From Gammaproteobacteria bacterium (GTDB lineage: Bacteria > Pseudomonadota > Gammaproteobacteria > Pseudomonadales > Litorivicinaceae), in NCBI GenBank assembly GCA_002714245.1, contig PAWX01000071.1, forward strand, positions 1 to 43,417: a stretch of DNA of 43,417 bases, written 5' to 3'. The stretch's first letter is position 1; each line of letters opens with the position of its first letter. Under the pieces are notes generated by a model, which was not told the DNA's origin, made no database searches, and was given only the letters and a program-made list of their open reading frames with translations. The translations under genes and the position numbers were made by a program. Below are positions 36,447-43,417 of the stretch, piece after piece.

Positions 36447-37667
36447 CTAGCTGAACTCTTTCATATCTGCGTCGACACTAACCAACAGCTCGTCCATAAG
36501 ACCCGGTAAAGCACTGCTGACTCGATTCCAACTCGGAATAAATGGCCGCTCGGTCGGGTTTTCAAGAAAATGCGTCCCGGCTTTCATCAGGTTCAAAGCA
36601 AATAATTCCACGGCCTTCTCTTCCCTGTGCAAGTCGAGGTCGAGCCCATTTATGGCAGAGTCGCTTTTGTAGTGATCGACAAAATCGAGCGCGACACGGT
36701 AATAAGTCGCCTTTATCGTTCTGAATGTTTCCTGATTGAAAACTATTCCGTTGGTCGCGAGTTTCCTGAAGATTGCCTTGCTGATGTCGATCGACATCCT
36801 GGACAGTCCCGTACTCTCGTCGTCTTGCGATAAATCTTGATGCTTATGATCGTAAGTGTCGGCAATATCAACCTGACATAGTCGGTTATTGGAATAGTTC
36901 CGGGTCATTTCGCTCAAGATACCGATCTCTAGGCCCCAATCTGATGGGATCCGTAGGTCTTTGATTACGTCTCGGCTAAAAGACATTTCCCCGGCGAGTG
37001 GGTACCTGAAGCTGTCGAGATAATCCAAGTATTCCAATGACCCAAATATCCGCTTGAGAGTCTGTAACAGTGGGGTCACTAGCAGCCGTGTTACCCTACC
37101 GTTCATTTTACCGTTAGCGACACGGGCATAGTAGCCCTTGCAAAACTCGTAGTTAAATTGTGGGTGGGCGACTGGATACAAAAGACGGGCAAGTAGCGAG
37201 CGATCATAGGTAACAATGTCGCAATCGTGAATAGCAAGCGCATCGGCCTGATTCGAGCCTAGGGCATACCCCATGCAAAACCACACATTACGTCCCTTCC
37301 CCATCTGATCCGGTGAAAGCTTTGCGTCCCTCAATTTCTGGTCTACCGCACGCAACCTTGGCCCGTCATGCCAAAGTACTTTTACGTTCTGAGGGAGTTG
37401 GTTAAAAACGAGCAGCGCTTTCTTGTATTCTTCTAGGGTCGCGCAATCGAGCCCAATGATTAATTGATCAAGATACGGAACGTGGCTTAGCTCTTTGACG
37501 ATCTTAGGCATCGATTCCGTTTCAAGCTCGGAATATAGACATGGGAGTATTAACCCTAGCCGCTTTTCCTTTGAAAACCGCAAGAGCTCGGACTCCAGTG
37601 CATCCGTGCCACGCTGAGCTAGGTTGTGAAGCGTGGTCACAATTCCGTTTTGATAGAAATCACCCAT
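36447..37667 (-). CDS. gpgS: Glucosyl-3-phosphoglycerate synthase
   Basis: 'MGDFYQNG..TTLH', 'GKGRNVW', 'HDCDI', 'GRVTRL', 'YPLAGE', 'DWGLEIG', 'YDHKHQ'. Confidence 0.88.
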   Translation of the reverse strand: MGDFYQNGIVTTLHNLAQRGTDALESELLRFSKEKRLGLILPCLYSELETESMPKIVKELSHVPYLDQLIIGLDCATLEEYKKALLVFNQLPQNVKVLWHDGPRLRAVDQKLRDAKLSPDQMGKGRNVWFCMGYALGSNQADALAIHDCDIVTYDRSLLARLLYPVAHPQFNYEFCKGYYARVANGKMNGRVTRLLVTPLLQTLKRIFGSLEYLDYLDSFRYPLAGEMSFSRDVIKDLRIPSDWGLEIGILSEMTRNYSNNRLCQVDIADTYDHKHQDLSQDDESTGLSRMSIDISKAIFRKLATNGIVFNQETFRTIKATYYRVALDFVDHYKSDSAINGLDLDLHREEKAVELFALNLMKAGTHFLENPTERPFIPSWNRVSSALPGLMDELLVSVDADMKEFS

Positions 37668-37678
37668 CCGCTAGATCC

Positions 37679-38503
37679 TCAAATTAGTTCTCTTAAAACA
37701 ATTGTTCTGACGGCCTCGTACCAACCACTTGGTCCGGTGCGTTTGGTGCGATAGACCGGTGATTTCGTTTCTATGTCGGGAAAACCATGCCTCTCCGACC
37801 TGATTAATACGGGATAGTCGGCGTCCGCTAACATTTGCGCGTCATTCTCACTATCTCCCAAGGCCATTATCTTGTAGTCTTTTTCGTGGACTAGCCTCAT
37901 CCGGTTGACTAACCAACGTTGGGCCAGATTTTTATCTGTATCTCCCATAAGGTGAACAAAACGTCCCCCCATCACCAGGCGTAACCCCTCGGACAACGCC
38001 ATGTCTGATAATTTCTTTAAAGAAGCTTCGCTGTCACGCCAAAGAAGCGGCTCTGAGAACTCACGCGTCTGCGCCATTAGAACATCGTATCCGCTTAGAC
38101 CGGTAACCGACGCACATTCTGCCTCTGACATCTGAGTCAACGCAGTGTACTTGAAAGCCTCGCCCGCCGAGTTCACGAAGTCTTTGATTCGTTGGTGCGA
38201 TACGCCTAACACACAACGGAGGTAGCTGTGGGCCGGTTCAAGCCCCTTAGTGCCAGCGATCTCATGATCGAGTGGCACGTAAACCGCGGATCCATTCTCA
38301 ACAACAAACGGTTGATGATTACCCATCGAACGCCTGATCTTGAGCATCTCCGGAAAGGTTTTGCTTGAATTAAAGACCACCGGTATACCCTGAGTGTTCA
38401 AGGTCTCAAACAGTGAGTCAGCCGGAGAGGCCCTATAAGTCTCATCGTCCAAGAGCGATCCATCGAGATCGGTGAAAATAATCAGATCCTTCATACACCT
38501 CAT
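37679..38503 (-). CDS. gpgP: Glucosyl/mannosyl-3-phosphoglycerate phosphatase (HAD-IIB)
   Basis: DLDGSLLD, SSKT, ENG, 'REFSEP', 'GGRF.H', GDSEND; first gene of the operon. Confidence 0.85.
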   Translation of the reverse strand: MRCMKDLIIFTDLDGSLLDDETYRASPADSLFETLNTQGIPVVFNSSKTFPEMLKIRRSMGNHQPFVVENGSAVYVPLDHEIAGTKGLEPAHSYLRCVLGVSHQRIKDFVNSAGEAFKYTALTQMSEAECASVTGLSGYDVLMAQTREFSEPLLWRDSEASLKKLSDMALSEGLRLVMGGRFVHLMGDTDKNLAQRWLVNRMRLVHEKDYKIMALGDSENDAQMLADADYPVLIRSERHGFPDIETKSPVYRTKRTGPSGWYEAVRTIVLRELI

Positions 38504-38523
38504 CTTGTTTCCGTAGTCGAGTC

Positions 38524-38540
38524 AGCAAGAGCGATGCCAA
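38524..38540 (-). promoter_or_regulatory. Sigma54 (-24/-12) promoter of the gpgP-gpgS-phosphorylase operon
   Basis: Minus strand TTGGCATCGCTCTTGCT = TGGCA-N6-TTGC (GG-N10-GC), about 20 bp upstream of gpgP. Confidence 0.8.
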
Positions 38541-38624
38541 AGCAAACTGACTCCGACAAACCCGCTCAAAAGCTACTTAATCCATTCATTTTAGATCACA
38601 GAAATGCACCGCAACACGAAAAAT

Positions 38625-38681
38625 TGAACTAATTTAGTGCACACTCAAAAAAAAAAGAGATACACGAACCGAGACGGTGCA
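38625..38681. promoter_or_regulatory. Two NtrC-like enhancer boxes
   Basis: TGAACTAATTTAGTGCA (38625-38641) and CGAACCGAGACGGTGCA (38665-38681) resemble TGCAC-N7-GTGCA; extra TGCACC half-site at 38605. Confidence 0.6.
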
Positions 38682-38782
38682 CCCCAAAAATACCAAAATC
38701 TTCTCGAGACCTACCACCTTGAGTCGGATTTCGAATAACCTAAATCCGATCCTATAAATGATAATCACTGATAGGTAACAGC

Positions 38783-39631
38783 GTGCTCGAAAATAAATAT
38801 GGACTGATAACCGGAGCCAGCAGAGGTCTAGGAATGGAGATGGCGGTCGCGTTGGCCGAGTCGGGGCTGTCAGGAATAACAATCACGGCGGCGCCAGGAT
38901 CCGACGAGACCATTGCCGAGATCGAAGAGGAGCTAAAACAAGCCAAGGCGACTCTCAAAAAAGCTGGGATAAAGGTAAACGCCAAATTATCCGACGTAGG
39001 CGTCGCGATAGATTGTAAGAGAGCTATCGAGGCCCATATGGATATCTTTCCCTCTATGGACATTCTGATAAATAACGCTGGAAAGGCTGGCAGGTACGCC
39101 CACTTGGGCGATACCGACAATGATATCTCGAGCCATAACCCGGCGGGTGTGAGCGAAATCATAGCGACAAACCTGAGTGGCCCCTATTTCATGCTCCACC
39201 ACGCGCTTCCATACATGAGACGGTTAACAAGGGGCCGTATAATTAATGTCTCCAAGCGAACTGAATCAATGCACCGGAAGGCTTGGACCCCCTACGGCCC
39301 CACAAAGGCCGCGCTCGAGGCGGCGACGATCGCGTGGGCAGAATCCTTGGCCGAGACGGGAATCACCGTAAACACCTTGTCACCCGGTGGGGCGGTCAAC
39401 ACAAAGTTTGGGACGGGCACAATCACCGGGCACGGAATCGATCCGCAGACGATTCGACCAATGACCGTCTGGCTCGCCTCGAGCGACTCCGATGAATTCA
39501 ATGGATGCAGATTCGTGGCGGATCGATGGGATCCATCGGTTACGACAACAGAGGCCGCGCTTGGTTGCCAGGAGAGTCAGATTTTTCCAGAGCCAGAACG
39601 AGACACGCCTCTGAAGAGAGCCTGGTTCTGA
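38783..39631 (+). CDS. SDR family oxidoreductase
   Basis: TGASRGLG, NNAG, YGPTK (YxxxK), 'PGG.V.T'. Confidence 0.88.
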   Translation: MLENKYGLITGASRGLGMEMAVALAESGLSGITITAAPGSDETIAEIEEELKQAKATLKKAGIKVNAKLSDVGVAIDCKRAIEAHMDIFPSMDILINNAGKAGRYAHLGDTDNDISSHNPAGVSEIIATNLSGPYFMLHHALPYMRRLTRGRIINVSKRTESMHRKAWTPYGPTKAALEAATIAWAESLAETGITVNTLSPGGAVNTKFGTGTITGHGIDPQTIRPMTVWLASSDSDEFNGCRFVADRWDPSVTTTEAALGCQESQIFPEPERDTPLKRAWF

Positions 39632-39635
39632 TCGA

Positions 39636-40427
39636 CTAGTCGCTCAGGCGATACCGCCGCTCTACCATCACCGCAAGCAGAACAACTAATGCGACGGTGC
39701 AGATAAGGAGGCCCAACAGGTGGATGAGAACCGGTCCAGCCTCCACACCCAGGATACCGTACCTAAACGAACTCACTACCATGAGTATAGGATTCAACTC
39801 CGCGATTGGCTGTATCACAGCTGGCAGTGATGTCATCGGGAAAAACACACCCCCCATATAAGTCAACGGAGTAATCACAAAGTTATTGACCCAGTTCGCC
39901 TCGTCGTGGTTATCAGCAATGATCGCATTGATCATACCCAACGCAGAAAAAATAACTGCAGTATTGAACGCAACACAGGTGAGTACAAAGATGTTGTGGA
40001 TGCTGAAGGGATTAAAAAGGTAGACAACAACAGAGACGAGACACATCACTATTAACCCGCGGCACACCCCACCAGACAGGTAACCCAAGACGATCGACAC
40101 ACTCGGTATCGGCGTCACAAACATCTCCTCGTAAACACGATGATTCTTTGCGCTAAAAAAGGAACTACTGACGTTTGAGTAGGCGCTATTAATCAAGGCC
40201 ATCGCGATGATACCTGGCCCGATAAACTGCACATACGGCATATCGAGCAGCGTCCCAACCTTGCGGCCAATAATCGAACCAAAAATATATAGATACAGCA
40301 CCATCGTGATCACAGGTGGCACGAGGGTCTGGCTCTTTATCCTCATGAAACGCCGTATCTCGGTCCTGACTATCGTCACATAACCGGTCCAGGCGATCTC
40401 TTGCATCGAGCGAAAGTTAGGCATCAT
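39636..40427 (-). CDS. ABC-2 type permease (YadH-like)
   Basis: 'QTLVPPVIT..LY..IFG', 'AYSNVSSSFF', 'ITPLTYMGGVF', 'NPI...V..FRYG.LG'. Confidence 0.88.
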   Translation of the reverse strand: MMPNFRSMQEIAWTGYVTIVRTEIRRFMRIKSQTLVPPVITMVLYLYIFGSIIGRKVGTLLDMPYVQFIGPGIIAMALINSAYSNVSSSFFSAKNHRVYEEMFVTPIPSVSIVLGYLSGGVCRGLIVMCLVSVVVYLFNPFSIHNIFVLTCVAFNTAVIFSALGMINAIIADNHDEANWVNNFVITPLTYMGGVFFPMTSLPAVIQPIAELNPILMVVSSFRYGILGVEAGPVLIHLLGLLICTVALVVLLAVMVERRYRLSD

Positions 40428-41653
40428 GTGCCTCGCAATGCTTCAATATTCTCAACACGATCAAGTTCTCGAATCTCTTTAAAAGTGAACCATCCCCAGA
40501 CGGACACAGCCAGACCAATACAACCACCTAGCACGGCTGTTGGCACCGGACCAACAACAGACGCCAGCCAGCCCGCTCGGAATGTGCCGAGATGATTCGA
40601 GGACGATGTACACAAAGAGTTAACCGCGTTGACACGGCCTCGCAAGTCATCAGGCGTACCCAGTTGTACCATCGACATTCTAATATTTACGCTCACCATG
40701 TCGACCGCACCATACACGACCAAGGCGAGGCAACTCAGCCAGAGCATCTCAGAAAAAGCGAACGCAAGGATTGAGAACGAGAATAAGACCAGAACAACGA
40801 ACAGCTTCTGTCCGACGCGGCGCATCGGGCTAATTCTCGCTAACGTAAAACCAACCATAACAGACCCGAGCGCTGGCATTGCCCTCAGTAACCCGAGACC
40901 ATCGGCATCTGTTTCTAGAATATCAACCGCATAGATTGGCAAAAGAGCGATCACCGAGCCAAAAAGGACTATCACCAGATCGAAAAGGATCGCACCCAAA
41001 ACCATCATGTTGGCCCGCAGATAGTGAATTCCTGCGAATATCGCTTCGAACGTCCTCGAATTCTCAGATACAGGCACTGGTATGTTCGGCAGAAGACTGT
41101 AGAGTACCGGACAAATTAGAACGACAGCAGTCATTAACCAGTAAACGTCTCGGTCAATCACCGTAATCAAAATACCGGCCACGAACGGTCCGACAGTGGT
41201 CGCAAGATGCCCCATAGTGGCATTCAAGGCGATCGCTTTGGGAAGAATCGTTGGCGACACCAGATTGGCGAGAAACGCCGATTGGGTGGGTGCAAAGAAC
41301 GCGTGTGCGATCCCGTGGACGAAGATAAAAAAATAGACCCAATTAAGCGACACTGCGTCTGAGGTCAACGCGACCGCCATCCCTACAAACGCGACCGCGT
41401 CAATAGAAGTCGCCGCGATGAGGATATCTCTCCGTCTGAACCGATCTATCACGAATCCTGTAAGGAAGAAGAAAACGAATATGGGAAGAACAAACACCAG
41501 CCCCACCAGCGCGAGCTTGAAGGCATCGCCTGTGATCTCATAGATATGCCAACCGATTGCGACCGCTACCATTTGCATTGACAGGCCAAAGCAAATCCGG
41601 GATCCCAAAAACGCTAGTACGGGCAGACCAAACTTTTCGAACGGTGTGTGCAT
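40424..41653 (-). CDS. MFS transporter (DHA3/EntS-like)
   Basis: About 12 TMs, 'VAIGW..Y..T', 'DRF.RR', 'TPD.LRGRV.AVN'. Confidence 0.88.
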   Translation of the reverse strand: MHTPFEKFGLPVLAFLGSRICFGLSMQMVAVAIGWHIYEITGDAFKLALVGLVFVLPIFVFFFLTGFVIDRFRRRDILIAATSIDAVAFVGMAVALTSDAVSLNWVYFFIFVHGIAHAFFAPTQSAFLANLVSPTILPKAIALNATMGHLATTVGPFVAGILITVIDRDVYWLMTAVVLICPVLYSLLPNIPVPVSENSRTFEAIFAGIHYLRANMMVLGAILFDLVIVLFGSVIALLPIYAVDILETDADGLGLLRAMPALGSVMVGFTLARISPMRRVGQKLFVVLVLFSFSILAFAFSEMLWLSCLALVVYGAVDMVSVNIRMSMVQLGTPDDLRGRVNAVNSLCTSSSNHLGTFRAGWLASVVGPVPTAVLGGCIGLAVSVWGWFTFKEIRELDRVENIEALRGT

Positions 41654-41803
41654 AAAGAGCTACATTGTTAGAAGCCACCATGATAACCCGCGGTGATAAA
41701 CACCACGCGTTCTTGATAAACCGATTTGAACTCTAGGGCACTATGAAAAAACTTCGAGAAGAGATCGAGGGTCCCGTATCCTTCATCTTTTAAGGAGATC
41801 AAT

Positions 41804-42991
41804 TTGGAAAAAACTAGCCACCAGTGGTCCCCTCCAATCTGGATACTCTCGCTGGGAGCAGGGTTGGCACCTTTTGCCGTTACACTGGTGGCACCGGCCA
41901 TCCCATCGATGGCTATCGATCTCAACGCCGACTCAAACATCACACAACTCACACTAACCACCCTTTTACTATCAATTGCGTTTGGACAACTGATCGCGGG
42001 ACCGCTATCCGACAGACTCGGAAGAAAGCCGCTGTTCCTTGGTGGCGCGGTTGTCTATTGTGCGGCAGGTTTTGGAGCGGCGCTCTCACACACAATCGAG
42101 GTAATTATTTTTTTCCGGGTGATCCAAGGTTTTGGAGCCGCTGCGGCCGTCGCAATGTCCCGATCAATCGTGGTTGATTTCTATGGCCGTGACCAGGCAG
42201 CTGGTGTGATGTCGACCATCATCGCAATGATGGCAATCATACCCGTATTTGGAACAGCACTTGGCGGGGTGTTGACCGATTTCGTGGGATGGCAGGGCTC
42301 TTTCTGGATGTTGGCCATGACGGGACTGATACTGACTTATTTTGTAAATGCTGGGATTCAGGAAACCCATAGCCCGGAACACGTGTTTACTTTTAAGGAT
42401 GCTTTAGCCGGCTATGCCAAACTTCTAAGCACCGCGAAGTTCCTGTCAAGCGCACTCACCACAGCGTTTCAAACCGCGGTCTTCTTCGCGATGATGGGAT
42501 TTATCGGATACTCGTTCGAGCGCATGGAAATCAGCGCGAAAGAGTTTGGTGTGTGGATGGCGACTACCTCCGTCGGCTACATACTCGGAAACCTAGCGAA
42601 CAAACGCCTCCTCAAACATTATCGGATCGACCTCATCACGTCGGTCGGCGCAGCCGCGTCGCTGGCCAGCCTAATCATCATGGAAATCTGGCACATAAAT
42701 AGCCCCTCGTCACCAATCGGATTGGCCGTGCCCATGATCTTCGTCGGTCTCTCCAACGGCGTCATCATAGCGAATTCGATCATAGTCGCGTCATCAGCCA
42801 TCCCAAGACTGAGAGGCTCTGCCACGGGGCTGGTCGGTGCCATGCAAATGGGTGCCGGAGGGGTGTCCGGGACAATCGCTATCTGGCTCGGCGCTGATCA
42901 GAATACCAGTGTGGGGATAATTACCCTGATCGTGATTAGTTTCTTCTCACTAATCTCAGCCTGGTGGTCGACCCGTCTCCAGCGAATCTAG
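41804..42991 (+). CDS. Bcr/CflA family MFS efflux transporter
   Basis: 'GQL..GPLSDRLGRKP', 'FRVIQGFG', 'ETH', 'G.A.GL.GA.Q'. Confidence 0.88.
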   Translation: MEKTSHQWSPPIWILSLGAGLAPFAVTLVAPAIPSMAIDLNADSNITQLTLTTLLLSIAFGQLIAGPLSDRLGRKPLFLGGAVVYCAAGFGAALSHTIEVIIFFRVIQGFGAAAAVAMSRSIVVDFYGRDQAAGVMSTIIAMMAIIPVFGTALGGVLTDFVGWQGSFWMLAMTGLILTYFVNAGIQETHSPEHVFTFKDALAGYAKLLSTAKFLSSALTTAFQTAVFFAMMGFIGYSFERMEISAKEFGVWMATTSVGYILGNLANKRLLKHYRIDLITSVGAAASLASLIIMEIWHINSPSSPIGLAVPMIFVGLSNGVIIANSIIVASSAIPRLRGSATGLVGAMQMGAGGVSGTIAIWLGADQNTSVGIITLIVISFFSLISAWWSTRLQRI

Positions 42992-43088
42992 TAAATTCAA
43001 ATCAGTAGAACGGGCATTTCAAATTGTTTGTCGTACTGGTGAACAAATGCTTGCACTATTAGCACGAAGAAAGTCTAGAGGAGCGTCC

Positions 43089-43417
43089 GTGGATCGAAAT
43101 AAATACGAAAAATATCAGTCCGATATCATCGTTGATTTGCTACAGCAGTACGACATCAAACATATCTCGATGAATCCAGGAGCAAGCTTCCGGGGTCTCC
43201 ACGACTCTGTCATCAACTACGGGGCAAATGACCCAGAGCTGATGGTCTGCCAGCACGAAGAAATAGCGGTACAGATCGCCCACGGGTACGCCAGAGCGAC
43301 CGGCAAACCTATGGGCGTCATCCTTCACAATCTGGTCTGTATGCTGCATGCCCATATGGCGGTCTACTACGCCTACATAGACAGGGCTCCCATCTTTATA
43401 ATGGGTGCCACCGGCCC
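43089..43417 (+). CDS. Thiamine diphosphate-dependent enzyme, 5' part only, runs off the window
   Basis: GTG at 43089 after GAGGAG reads ...SDIIVDLLQQYDIKHISMNPGASFRGLHDS...CQHEEIAVQIAHGYARATGKP...GATG (ThDP PYR domain with catalytic HE). Not in the ORF track. Confidence 0.88.
   Translation, partial: MDRNKYEKYQSDIIVDLLQQYDIKHISMNPGASFRGLHDSVINYGANDPELMVCQHEEIAVQIAHGYARATGKPMGVILHNLVCMLHAHMAVYYAYIDRAPIFIMGATG

Noticed and set aside
1-43417. CRISPR arrays, tRNA/rRNA genes, IS elements, integrases, defence systems
   Set aside because: No regularly spaced repeats, cloverleaf sequences, or transposase/recombinase motifs seen by eye; not confirmed computationally.

Overview
Gammaproteobacterial chromosome segment, probably from a marine heterotroph, with three parts. 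(1) About 1-12 kb is compact, lower-GC core genome: lepA 5' end, the rpoE/algU-mucABC-mucD(degQ) operon, nadB, sdhE, ygfZ, ung, an acyltransferase, a YbaK-like gene and speD-speE. (2) About 12-34.5 kb is a higher-GC accessory transport and catabolic region: a TAXI-TRAP transporter, SDR, lhgO-like gene, exporters and a GMC oxidoreductase, followed by an unusual cluster at about 23.4-34.5 kb. That cluster holds ligJ-ligK, a COG0523 GTPase, a Zn-dehydrogenase, a small CxCC protein, a 4,5-dihydroxyphthalate decarboxylase-like protein, a Cys-nucleophile alpha/beta hydrolase, a catalytically rewired PanB paralog, an orphan 2Fe-2S/FAD reductase, an orphan His-rich EutA-like ASKHA ATPase, a bicupin and a mini-HupE/UreJ-like protein. 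It is the best candidate for an undescribed system: a metal-dependent ring-degradation pathway feeding LigJ/LigK, with no LigAB/C/I/U or Rieske oxygenase in the window. (3) About 34.7-43.4 kb holds a glucosylglycerate operon with a sigma54 promoter and NtrC-like boxes, then an SDR, an orphan ABC-2 permease, two MFS transporters and a truncated ThDP enzyme. No rRNA, tRNA, CRISPR array or mobile-element gene was recognised. All family calls come from motif recognition by eye; no database searches were run.
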